This document shows, piece after piece, positions 22,126-33,357 of a stretch of 55,823 nt of DNA; the stretch's first letter is position 1, and each line of letters opens with the position of its first letter. Source of the stretch: Octopus bimaculoides (Eukaryota); contig NC_068983.1 of NCBI RefSeq assembly GCF_001194135.2, forward strand, positions 161,635,818-161,691,640, given 5' to 3'. Position numbers and translations under genes: made by a program. The notes beneath the pieces are model-generated. The model had not been told where the DNA came from. It did not search any database and worked only from the letters and a program-made list of their open reading frames with translations.

Positions 22126-24999
22126 AACAACAAACAAGATGAGAACAAATATCCATTGAATGTAAATAATGTACATAATTCCTCATCTTGTAAATATAGA
22201 ACTGTAACATCATAGGAAGTTGAGGTATGACTGGGATAAATCTTTAAGCAAGGATATTGACAAAGCAGCAGCTCTTAACATTTTCAGGATGACCCAATGG
22301 TTGATTGTGATGTTTAGAATTTCAGTTTGGTTTCTTCTCGACTTGAACTTTCAACTCTTCCTTTTATTCATATCATCATTAAGTCTGAATTTTGTTTATT
22401 AATTTATATGAGAGAGAGATGGCAGAAAATGGAATTAATGACATTCTTTATTCACTAGAATTGTTTCTCCACATTCTCACACCTGTAGTTCATAGGTGAG
22501 ATGTTGATTTTAGAAAATGAGATTCACAACATTATTTATCATTTGGCTATTTATATAAACTCTAGATACAGAATTCCTGATGTATATCCAATTGCGGGAG
22601 TATTTCTACTGTATGATGACATCAAATAGCCAATAACTGTGGACAAGCTTTGCATAGCATTCTATAGGGCTTTTGCCTCAATGTATATAATCTATATATA
22701 TTCTCACCACCCACAAAATCCCTCAAAGGCATGTCCTGACACTTCTTTGCCATCTCTCTCACCCTGCTTTCCCTTCCAACTGGGTAATCCATGTATCTAT
22801 AGCAAGACCCCTATCTCTGTCCCTTTATATCTTTAACCTCTCAACTGGCACAAAGCTGCCCCACTAATACTTCTCCCCACTCCCATTTCAAGAGTTGGCA
22901 TTTACATAAGGGAGAAAGAAAGCCATCACCACAACAAGCTATTACAGTTTTCAGTGTTTGATTCATTTCATTTTTCCCCCCTCTTATCTTTCACTGCTAC
23001 CCCCTCAACTAACACTTGTCACAACTTACTCTGCCATGTCTTCCTTTCTCCCTTGCCATTCCGTGTCATTTCCACCATCACAATAACAATAGACGTCTAC
23101 AGTTCTCAGTTTTTCACTTGCAAAACCTGTAAAATTTCCACAAATTTCACTGGTTGAAATTATTCCTGCTTTCAGAACAATTGCTTTGTGTCAAAGACAA
23201 TCTGATTGTTTGAAAACAAGAGAACAACTGCCTTCTACAGTTCTTTCTGCCTCAATAAGCACAGCATTTGACCTACCTTGTCCCCAGCAGAACAAAATAC
23301 CTGTCCTGCTCTTGCTAGAAATTGATCTCGTTTTGCTGTCTCAAATCTCTCAAGAAGTGGAAATAATTTTTATAAATGAAGAATTTATCTTAAGCATTGG
23401 CAGTTGACACAGATGTATAAATCATACGCACAAATGTATATCTTTTATGTTTTTTTTCTTTATATACCCTTATATATGTCTTTGTTCAAATACATACCAC
23501 TGACCAATTTCTCTTGCTTTTCTTAATTCATTTCATTTCTGCAAACTACCTTTGACATAAATGTCTTCTACCTTGTGTGTGTGTGTTGTACATATGTTTT
23601 CACCATATATATTGACTATAGAAAATAGTTTCATATTGAGGCATAAAAAAAAGACAAAAAAATGGGTATTAGTACCCATTTTTCTATTTTGGCTTTACAT
23701 GCCCCAATATTAGGCAATTTTCTATTGTCAACATGTACAGTACAAAATTTTCACTCGTTTGAGAAGTTAAGGAATTGAACAGGTAAAGCACAGAATATGA
23801 TTGTTTCATGCTAAACCACGAGTTGTATGGTGACGGTCAACTTATCAAAATTTCCTTTGATTTCAATATGAGACAAAGTGTGTATCTTACAATGTTAATA
23901 AACTCTTTTATTCGTATTTTGTCATCTAAACTAGCTACATACATTCTTGAAGCTTACTAACTTCCTACACTTGGATTGTACTTGCCTATTACTTTATATA
24001 TATATATATATATATATACTACCTAAGCCAACTGATATAGATGAAAAAAGCTCTTAAATGACACTGAAAATTAGCCCTGGGCCCCAACAATAGTTGTGGC
24101 CTAAACTACTAGGCCCTAGCTCTACCACAATATATGGTTTCAGCTCCTCTGTTTAGCTTGGCCCCAACCAAACAGATGTAGCCACAAACCCCCAGACTGA
24201 TAGTCTAGGCCTCAGCTTCACCAGCCTAAGCCCTCCCTTGGTCTTCATAACAGCCAAACCTACATACATGCACTTATATATGCATGCATACATACATACA
24301 CATATGTATATATACACACATGCATATATCAATATATGTATATGCCTCTTAACCCTTATACCTTTGAATGTATACACATACATGCATACCAACATACATA
24401 CACATATACACAAACATCTAACGAACAATTCTCCATTTATATTTTTAAAAAAACAAGTGGAAATGGTATCCAGATGACTGCTTTATATTCAGGACCAAAA
24501 AAAAAAGACTTAGGAATCTTTCACTCACTTTTAAGTAATTTACATACCTCAATAAAATTCACCACGGAACAACACACAAAGGAATTACCATTTTTAGATA
24601 TACTTCTAATTAAAGAAAATAACACCATAAAAATAGATTTCTCCTACAAACCTACAGACACACACCAATATTTGAACTTTCATTCCTTCCTCCCATACCA
24701 AAAGAAACATACCCTTTAATATGGCAAAATGAATTTGCACTATAATAATAGATGCAGAAGTAAAAGATCACAGGAATTAGAAATATTTCTAAAAAAAAAA
24801 ACACAAGAATAGACAAGTAGTTTAATTAACACAGCAATCACCAAAGCGAAAAACATCACAACTACAGACCTCAGAGGAAAATGAACACACAAGCATTATT
24901 TTTGTCATCATCCACAACCCAAGAAATTACGACATCATCAATATTGCAAAAAGATACCTTCCAATTCTTCAACAATCATCAAGAATGAACAAATTAATA

Positions 25000-25348
25000 A
25001 CACATTATTTACATTTGACAGACATGTCCTCATCTTGTTTGTTGTTAACATGTTTCAGTTGTTATACCCTCCAGCCTTCATCAGGTGTCTTGGGGAAATT
25101 GCAAACCTGGGTTCTCATTCCTAAGGTATTTTTCAATGTTATTAGTGATTAAGAGTACTAACCCCAAGATTCTGAGTTTGATTCCAGGCAGTGACCTGAA
25201 TAATAATAATAATATCAAAAAATACCTTAGGAATGAGAACCCAGGTTCGAAATTTCCCCAAGACACCTGAAGAAGGCTGGAGGGTATATCAGCCGAAACA
25301 TTGTGTTTCGTCAAATATAAATAATATACATAATTCCTCATCTCTTAA
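25000..25348. mobile_element. Palindromic hammerhead element, locus C
   Basis: Truncated minus arm about 25000-25140; plus arm with tRNA-like head remnant (GAGTTTGATTCC) through the family 3' end. Confidence 0.8.
25262..25307 (+). ncRNA. Hammerhead motif with CUGAAGA core
   Basis: GACAC-CUGAAGA-A-GGCUG-loop-CAGCC-GAAA-CAUU-GUGUU; the change falls at the variable N7 position; stem III has G>A. Confidence 0.55.
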
Positions 25349-26285
25349 ATATAGAACTAAATTAAAAACAGATTCAAAAATGATTTATAGCAGACATCAA
25401 ACACCCAACCTAAAAAGAAACCAAGGTTCAAGCACCATTGATATAGATGACTTCTGCCATCCGCTGACATAGACAATAATGGACCCAGCTCCATCATCAT
25501 GTATGATCTAAACTCTCTACTTATATTAAAATATAGAAACTAGCTCCATAAAATAAGGATGGCAGAAATGCTCTTCTGACAACTTTTGAACCAACTCCAC
25601 CAATATAGTTCACCAATCCCCCAAAAGATGGCCTAAGGCTTCCACTATCATAGGCAATCTAGCCCCTACTTGCACTTAAGCTCTTGAGTGTCATTGACAA
25701 CCTGGTCCCCAGCTCCATAGCTATATATAACTTAAGCCCGCAACTAACAGTGATAAATTTAGCCTCAGCTCCAGCTGTTAAAGATGACCCGAGCCCTTCC
25801 CTATCATTGTTATCATGGGCCCTAGATCCATGATAGATAAATGAGCAAAGACCTTCACCTCAATTTCATATTCAAAGCCGCAGCTCCAATGACATTGACA
25901 GCCCAAGCCTTCCTCCGATGTTATCAACAAGGTATTTGCACCACCAACACAGATATGGATAGCATTGTAAATAGTCTTTGTAACTATACCATGTCTCAAA
26001 GACAGAGAGTGTCTTGTAGACATTTTGGGGCAGCTGCTGTTGATGTGGATATCTTCCAGAACTGACATTTCCTATCCCAACATGGGAGATTTGTTAGTAT
26101 CTTTGTCTCTTATCAGGTATTTAGTAGCTATCTTTTGTTCCTGGTTAGTAAAGGCATATTCCAGGTGTGATGTAATGTATCTATTGCAGGGCCAGGAGAG
26201 ATTACTCTTCTTGTCAATACTGTTATTCTCTAGTTTTGCATTGCTTTCTGCTGCTATGATGCTTGTTTCTCCTCGAAGTTCCTGT

Positions 26286-26514
26286 TTAACCCTTTTATTA
26301 CTGTATTTATTCTGAGATGCTCTGTGTTTCTTTCAATTACTTTAAATATAACAAAGAATTTAGTAAAATAACTTAGTCATCATTAAGCTAGTGTTAGGAA
26401 CATAAACTGTGTCTAAAATTTTGTGGAAGATTTTAATTCAAAACTTATGAAAACAAGACATTTGTACTACAGAGCCAGAAGCGGTTTCAGCCGGATTGGT
26501 ATCGAAAGGGTTAA
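26286..26514. mobile_element. piggyBac-like MITE (second family)
   Basis: TTAACCCTTT ... AAAGGGTTAA; related copy at 31379-31920. Confidence 0.8.
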
Positions 26515-26578
26515 GTAGGCCAGTCCAGCCCCCTTTGGGTTACATAAGACAGTTGTTTTTTCAGAGTACCTGCACAGT

Positions 26579-26850
26579 AGTAAAGCTTGTTTGCCAACAT
26601 AACATGGTAGTCCTGGTTTAAGACAAATGTTGCTCTAATTTAGTCCCAGGAGACATCGTCTCCAGCTGGCTATACAACACAATCTATGTTCTTATTTCGA
26701 ACAAGGGGGTGCTAGATTCCCTTGTTCAAAAATATAAGGACACAGATCGTGTCGTATAGCCGGCTGGTGACGATGTCTCCTGGGGCTAAATTACAGCAAC
26801 ACTCATCCTAAACCAGGACTGCCATGTTATGTTGGCAAACAATCTTTACT
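26579..26850. mobile_element. Foldback hairpin element (arms about 125 bp)
   Basis: AGTAAAG..TTGTTTGCCAACATAACATGG mirrored as CCATGTTATGTTGGCAAACAA..CTTTACT; loop near 26706-26722. Confidence 0.8.
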
Positions 26851-27140
26851 CCAAAGTACTGTTGCTGAATATCTCTCGTTGTGAGATTTAAAAGTAGTAA
26901 TTTACCTGCACAGTAGTTCTTCTCCAACTCTGAAGATGTTATTGCTCTCACTTTTGAGCATGCATGAAATGTACTCATTTCCTTCTTTACTGTTCAGCAA
27001 CTGTTGTCTGAGTGATACAATATGACATTCAAAGGTTGTTTGGACTGACCTTATGCTTCTACCACCATCACTTTGTTTTAAGTAGATCCTGTAGATGTTG
27101 CTGTTGATGTGAGAGTTGCCAGTGATGGTCAGTACCTTTC

Positions 27141-27435
27141 TGAGGTCGTTGCCAGTGCCGCTGGACTGGTTCCCGTGCAGGTGGCACGTAAAAAACACCA
27201 TTTTGAGCATGGCCGTTGCCAGTACCGCCTGACTGGCCCTCGTGCCCGTGGCACGTAAAAGCACCCACTACACTCTCGGAGTGGTTGGCGTTAGGAAGGG
27301 CATCCACCTGTAGAAACTCTGCCAGATCAAATTGGAGCCTGGTGCAGCCTTCTGGCTCGCCAGCCCTCAGTCAAATTGTCCAACCCATGCCAGCATGGAA
27401 AGCGGATGTTAAATGATGATGATGATGATGATGAT
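27141..27435 (+). mobile_element. RTE LINE 3' end
   Basis: Shared 3'UTR and (GAT)n. Confidence 0.8.
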
Positions 27436-27447
27436 AAAATTACAATT

Positions 27448-27527
27448 CAGAAAATGGAGATGTAGCATTAGCATAATTTATTAACTGCAGTTAATAAATT
27501 ATATTAATGCTACATCTCCATTTTCTG
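27448..27527. repeat. 80-bp near-perfect palindrome with no loop
   Basis: Centred on CTGCAG (27485-27490); only a 2-bp mismatch. Confidence 0.9.
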
Positions 27528-27714
27528 TATTTTAATTTGAATATTTATAAACCAAGATTTATACTTAAACTTATTATTTTAGGAATATTACTATTCACAA
27601 AAAAAAAATTAACAGGCAATGAACCAGTAATTCATTGGATATTATTTTATCCCTTAATGAGACTATTTTAACCTCTATTTAAATATGTATATATATAGAT
27701 ATATATATATGTAG

Positions 27715-27904
27715 ATATGTTATAATTTACAGCAAACTGTAAAAGGTTGTCATTATAGTACTCGGAGTTTTGAATGTCAGAGCGAAGAGCTATGATACAT
27801 TTAATGATGTTACATTAAATGTATTGTAGGTCTTCGCTCTGACATTTGAAACTCTGAGTACTATAACGACAACCTCCTACTGTTTGTTCTAAATTATAAC
27901 ATAT
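27715..27904. mobile_element. 190-bp foldback hairpin (MITE-like)
   Basis: ATATGTTATAATTTA / TAAATTATAACATAT ends; AATGTCAGAGCGAAGA / TCTTCGCTCTGACATT. Confidence 0.8.
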
Positions 27905-28162
27905 AAATAATCCTCTAGTTCTCTAATATCGAAAAAGTTTAGAATGGTACAAAGAAAACCGTTGGAAAACAGTTTATAGCAGAGACTCCAGCTAAGAAGG
28001 TCTGAAGAGGGAATTGTAATTCCGAAATATCATCAGACTATAGATAACCAAATGACAACAGGTATATAGTCCATTTTTTGTTTTATAGTGATTGTTGTAC
28101 CATTCTAAACTTTTTATTCTTTGCAAACAATACACAATGCTTCAAGCGAACTACAATACTTT

Positions 28163-28212
<50 letters not shown>

Positions 28213-28425
28213 GAGTAAATATTCAGATGTGAACATTCATAAAGATATTACTATTGTTAATATTATCTGCAACGAATATAAGATATTGATAATAATAACA
28301 GCAATAATATAGGTGGTTACAGGTATTAAATAACATCAATTAGCTATAAAATTTAAAATTAGCACTAAGCATGCCCAGTATGTTCTTATGCCTAGTGCTA
28401 ATTTTGTATACATATATATTATATA

Positions 28426-28626
28426 TCATCATCATCATCGTCGTCTAAGGTCTGCTTTCCATGCTGGCATGGGTTGGATGGTTTAACTGAAGACTGGCAA
28501 GCCAGAAGGCTGCACTAGGCTCCAATCTGATTTGACAAGGTTTCTACAGCTGGATACCCTTCCTAACAACCACCCTGAGAGTGTAGTGAGTGCTCTTTAC
28601 GTGCCACCGGCACGGGGGCCAGTCAG
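28426..28626 (-). mobile_element. RTE LINE 3' end
   Basis: (CAT)n plus shared 3'UTR on the minus strand. Confidence 0.75.
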
Positions 28627-29621
28627 TACACACACACACACACGTACGTAATCATTAGACTAAAAATGTTTCTGTTATATGAAGTAGAGCACTTTGAGAC
28701 TAGTACTCATTGGAGTCATTAAAATGTATGCACACCACTCCCAATCTCTCACACACACACTCACTCACTCCCTCTCTCACCGATTCTTTTGCACTCCCTC
28801 ACTCACTCACCGACCCTCACTTAGCCACTTCCTCAAACACACTCTCAGACATTAAATAATAATGGTATTTGTTCACCCTCTTAATAATGCCATTCATCAG
28901 CTGAAGTCATTTAAACAATTAGAAGCAGGAAACAAAGCAACATTTATACTGCATTTTTTTTTTCTTCTTTTTTCAGAAAGCAGATTTTCATTTGATAAAT
29001 TTTATATTTACATTAATTTCTTCATTCGGCTACATATTCTTCTAATTAGTTATAATTTCCCTCCCAGATATCAGAGAAAATATATCTAAATGTATTAAAA
29101 TTTAATTTCAGATCTACATATAGATCAGATACACATATATCAGAGCTATATATATATATCGGATATCACAAAGATTTTGAAATATATGTATAGATATATT
29201 TGAAAATGGACCAGTTGAACTGATTCTAGAGGATTAGTGCAACTTGTTTTGACTAGCAAAGAACCAAGTGTGTTTTCTAAATGAATTGACAAATGTCAGG
29301 TTTTAAATGGATAGCAAAATTGGTAAAAGCATATGTGTTCTGTCCTACTGCACATAATCTCCCAGAACATCATCAAAAGATGTAACAATCCTACAATGTT
29401 CCAATAATTCGAGTCATTTTCTGTGTCCTTTTTTTTTTTTGTCTTTCCATTTTAATATATTTGAGGTTTTATAAAAATAGCTATATGTCTTCTGAAGCGA
29501 TTCGATGACCTGGCACAAGCAGGTTGCTCTGGAATGATACTTGCTGGCCCTTGTGGTTATCAAGGAAGATTAGAATGATAGGAAACTGGAATCTCGGCTG
29601 ATGCACAGCAATCGTGAAGAA

Positions 29622-29726
29622 TCAGAGATCGTCATCTCCTATTTCTTCAAATGCGTTATTTTCCAAAACACTTTGGATGTTTTGACCATCTCGTGATGCC
29701 TTGAATGAAACATTGGCAAATTTGTC
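29622..29726 (-). CDS. SNX17: Sorting nexin-17, terminal coding exon
   Basis: TTTCAG| acceptor; DKFANVSFKASRDGQNIQSVLENNAFEEIGDDDL*, matching the recalled SNX17 C-terminus NFAFEGIGDEDL. Confidence 0.92.
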   Translation of the reverse strand, partial: DKFANVSFKASRDGQNIQSVLENNAFEEIGDDDL

Positions 29727-29882
29727 CTGAAACAAGATTAAATGAAACAAAGATGTATCCAATGATTAACAAAAGTGCGCAACTTGATTTCTAACATAAA
29801 ACAATAAAACTGTCATTAGGAAATAATAAGAAAATTAACAAGTTTGCTTTTCGAACTGCTGAAATGTATGGTAGAACAAGTA

Positions 29883-30053
29883 GAAAGATAAATTTTATTC
29901 AACGCATAGATACTGAACAGTATAGATATAAAGGATAAAATCCTTTTTTCTTTTTGGCCGCCGACAAATTTTTCTGCTTTTAAAAAGGAAAAAGGATTTA
30001 TCCTTTATATCTATACTGTTCAGTATCTATGCATTGAATAAAATTTATCTTTC
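29883..30053. repeat. Intronic inverted repeat, near-perfect arms of about 60 bp
   Basis: GAAAGATAAATTTTATTCAA(C/T)GCATAGATACTGAACAGTATAGATATAAAGGATAAA mirrored. Confidence 0.9.
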
Positions 30054-30839
30054 AATAAGAAAATTATTTAACTGAAAAACATCATTAGTTGACTAACAAG
30101 TGATACAAGTAACCCTTTAGCATTTAAACCATCCACATCCAACCCAAATATTCAACCTGTTTAATGTTCAAACTGGCCAGATGTGGCCTCTCAGACTTGC
30201 CCTACTATGTCATTCTAAAAACAAATAATCACATCATAGAAACCTCTTGACAGAGTAATCTGAATGTTAAAGAGTTAAATGACATCCACTCATTGGACCA
30301 GAACAGGAAACGCTATGATATAGCAAAGGGAGGGCGGTGAGGGCAGATCTGAAAGCCTCACCAACCCACATTTGTACCAAAACAATGATAACTGGAAGCT
30401 AAACTAACTTCTCTATGTTTATCACATCATATAGACTATTGTTGTTATCTAGAATAACTAACAAAGTAAGTAATTAACTGACAGCCATTGGAAAGTAATG
30501 AAGTTTTGACATTTCTTTATGTCAATCACTTAGCAACAACCATTGCTATTTACACACAAAAAATATTCAGTCGCAAATATATTATTATAAACCTGCAGGG
30601 GTTGGACAAAATAATTGAAACACCTAGCATCATAGCATCATAATTTTGAAATATCTATAAAACCATCAAAGGCTTATTTATTTTTATGTTTTTTGATTTA
30701 TTATTAGTGTTGCTTAATATGTTTTGCTAAAATTGCTGGAGTCGATATAATTGACTCAACTCCTTCTCACAAATTTCAAGCCTTGTTGCCTTCAGTAGAA
30801 AGGATTATTATTATTATCATTATTATTATTATTCTTATT

Positions 30840-31130
30840 AGAAGACTCGTTGAGTCAAGTGAAATCGAAATCCTAGTCGTGGCCAGTGCCACCTGACTGG
30901 CACCCGTGCTGGTGGCACGTAATAAGCACGATTCGGGCATGGGTTGATGCCACTACTGCCTGACTGGTTCCTGTACTGGTGGCACGTAAAAAGCACCCAC
31001 TACACTCTCCTCACCAGATCAGATTGGAGTCTGGTGCAACCTTCTGGCTTGCCAGTCCTCAGTCAAACCGTCCAACCCATGCCAGTATGGAAAGCGAATG
31101 TTAAACAATGATGATGATAATGATGATGAA
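30840..31130 (+). mobile_element. RTE LINE 3' end
   Basis: GAAGACTCGTTGAGTCAAGTGA ORF-end homologue, 3'UTR and (GAT)n. Confidence 0.7.
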
Positions 31131-31350
31131 GGCAATAAGCTGGCAGACTCGTTAGCATGCTGAGCAAAATGCTTAGCAGCAGTTTGTCTGTCTTCATGCT
31201 CTGAGTTCAAATTCTGCTGAGGTTGACTTTTGTCTTTCATCCTTTCAGGGTTGATAAAATGAGAACCAGTTGAGTGCTGGGGCTGATATAATCAACTTAC
31301 ACCCTTCCCCAAATTGCTGGCTTTGAGCCAAAATCTGAAACCATCATTAA
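31131..31350 (+). mobile_element. tRNA-derived SINE family 3
   Basis: AGCTGGCAGA..CGTTAGCA head, GAGTTCAAATTC B box, CTTTCATCCTTTC.GGG core; copies near 1770, 19455, 35495, 40608, 40824, 44452, 52177 and 53558. Confidence 0.7.
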
Positions 31351-31378
31351 CTTTGTTGATATTGTTAACATGACATTC

Positions 31379-31920
31379 TTAACCCTTTTGTTGCCATATT
31401 TCTGTTGAGATGCTCTGTGTTTCTTTCAATTAATTTTAAATATAACAAAGCATTTTTAATAAAATAACTTAGTTATCATTAAGCTAGTGTTAGGAACATA
31501 GGAAGAGCATCCAACCACAAAGGCTCTACCTCAATAAATTCTGTCTGACCCCTGCTTAGTGGTTAGGGTATTCGGCTCTGGATCATAAGGTCACGAGTTC
31601 AGTTCCCTTGAACAAGACACTTCATTTCACATTACTCCAGTCCACTCAGCTGGCAAAAATGAGATGTAACTAATTCAAAGGGCCAGCCTTGTCACACTTT
31701 GCATCATGCTGAATCTCCTCAAGTACTACATTAAGGGTACCCATGGAGTACTCAGCCACTTGCATGTTAATTTCATGAGCAGGTTGTCCCAATGACCAGG
31801 ACACTCGTCATCATAACCAATGGAGTGGTAGAAGATTTTAATTCAAAACTTTTGAAAACATAGACATTTGTGCTACAGAGCCAGAGGCAGTTTCAGCTGG
31901 TTTGGTATCAAAGGAGTTAA
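31379..31920. mobile_element. piggyBac-like MITE carrying a captured SINE chimera of about 330 bp
   Basis: Flanks align to 26286-26514; 31501-31799 is nearly identical to 34557-34855. Confidence 0.75.
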
Positions 31921-32080
31921 GATAGTTTTATAAATAATGTTTTTAATCTCAACTTAGTTGTCTGTCATTTTTACACTTGTAGTGAAGTATTGTTACAATC
32001 CTCACTTAGTTTCAAGTAGTGTTTGTTTGTTTGTTTTTTTTATCATTGTTATATAACCAGAGAGTAGTGGTAATAGTTAA

Positions 32081-33311
32081 TCTATATATATATAAAAATG
32101 AGAATGTGTGTCTGTCTGTCTGTCTGTCTGTGTGTGTGTGTGTGTGAATCCCTAAAACTCGAGAACTACGCAACCAATTTCATTCAAATTTTACACATGC
32201 CTTACTTAGGGTTCCAGTAAAATTTTAACTTCTTGCAGAGTTCGAGCCCACGGCAACATAATATCTCCTCCACTATTTAAGTATTACGTGTCAAAAGTGA
32301 AACAAAAACACTCACGTCAAATACTTTCACTTTAAAAATGAAACTATTCTACTAACTGAAACAATCACATTTCGATACTGTAATGACAGATACTTTCAGA
32401 GAGAAAGAGAGAAAGAGAGAGATGTATATGTATACATATAGATNNNNNNNNNNNNNNNNNNNNNNNNNNNNNNNNNNNNNNNNNNNNNNNNNNNNNNNNN
32501 NNNNNNNNNNNNNNNNNNNNNNNNNNNNNNNNNNNNNNNNNNNNNNNNNNNNNNNNNNNNNNNNNNNNNNNNNNNNNNNNNNNNNNNNNNNNNNNNNNNN
32601 NNNNNNNNNNNNNNNNNNNNNNNNNNNNNNNNNNNNNNNNNNNNNNNNNNNNNNNNNNNNNNNNNNNNNNNNNNNNNNNNNNNNNNNNNNNNNNNNNNNN
32701 NNNNNNNNNNNNNNNNNNNNNNNNNNNNNNNNNNNNNNNNNNNNNNNNNNNNNNNNNNNNNNNNNNNNNNNNNNNNNNNNNNNNNNNNNNNNNNNNNNNN
32801 NNNNNNNNNNNNNNNNNNNNNNNNNNNNNNNNNNNNNNNNNNNNNNNNNNNNNNNNNNNNNNNNNNNNNNNNNNNNNNNNNNNNNNNNNNNNNNNNNNNN
32901 NNNNNNNNNNNNNNNNNNNNNNNNNNNNNNNNNNNNNNNNNNNNNNNNNNNNNNNNNNNNNNNNNNNNNNNNNNNNCATAAATTGTCAAGTAAATGAGAC
33001 GCATCTTTGCCTCCACCGATTCACTTGCAAAGTGTTGAGTAAAATTATTTTGTTGCAGACCTCCTTTGGGTCTTTTTATTATCACTACGACACACATAGT
33101 CCCCAGTTGGTAACATTGATTTCAAGGCCCTCCTAGATGAGAGACTAGCATTCCACTTAATGTCTATGTTCCATGCTGGCATGGATTGGAGAGTTATTAA
33201 TGTAGAAATATGATATCGTAGCTACTAACAGTTGAGGGTTGCGTAGTCTAGACGGCGTTTTTAAATTTCATTATTCTCTTTAACCCGGGCAAAGCCGGGT
33301 ATTTCTGCTAG
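32081..33311 (+). mobile_element. Non-autonomous Helitron (spans gap)
   Basis: 5' A|TC start, subterminal hairpin CCCGG-GCAAAG-CCGGG (33284-33299), 3' CTAG|T end; inserted in an AT dinucleotide. Confidence 0.72.
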
Positions 33312-33357
33312 TATTTACATAAACATGAACACAACACATTTGTTCTTTCTTATAGAA

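Larger units (their letters stand above)
21877..22205. mobile_element. Internally deleted palindromic hammerhead element, locus B
   Basis: Minus arm 21877-22045 and plus arm 22046-22205 are reverse complements; family 3' end ATAATTCCTCATCT...ATATAGAACTGT. Confidence 0.8.
24490..25440 (+). mobile_element. Penelope-like retroelement RT relic, interrupted by hammerhead cassette
   Basis: FHSLLSNLHTSIKFTTEQHTKELPFLDILLIKENNTIKIDFSYKPTDTHQYLNFHS matches the PLE RT motif IKFTxE....LPFLD....YxKPTxTxxYLxFxS; frameshifts and stops follow; resumes after about 25350 (SRHQTPNLKR). Confidence 0.8.
25930..27140 (-). pseudogene. Decayed RLE-type (R4/NeSL-like) non-LTR retrotransposon ORF with nested insertions
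   Basis: VLTITGNSHINSNIYRIYLKQSDGGRSIRSVQTTFECHIVSLRQ (post-RT motif DxDRLYxxRxxGGRG); YITSHLEYAFTNQEQKIATKYL; EDIHINSSCPKMSTRHSLSLRHGIVTKTIYN (CCHC knuckle region). Confidence 0.65.

Noticed and set aside
23657-23683. 11-bp hairpin resembling an intrinsic terminator
   Set aside because: Half the stem is A/T homopolymer and the context is eukaryotic; expected by chance
20447-29621. Polyadenylation signals for the two genes
   Set aside because: Many AATAAA/ATTAAA hexamers in AT-rich sequence; none can be singled out without 3'-end data
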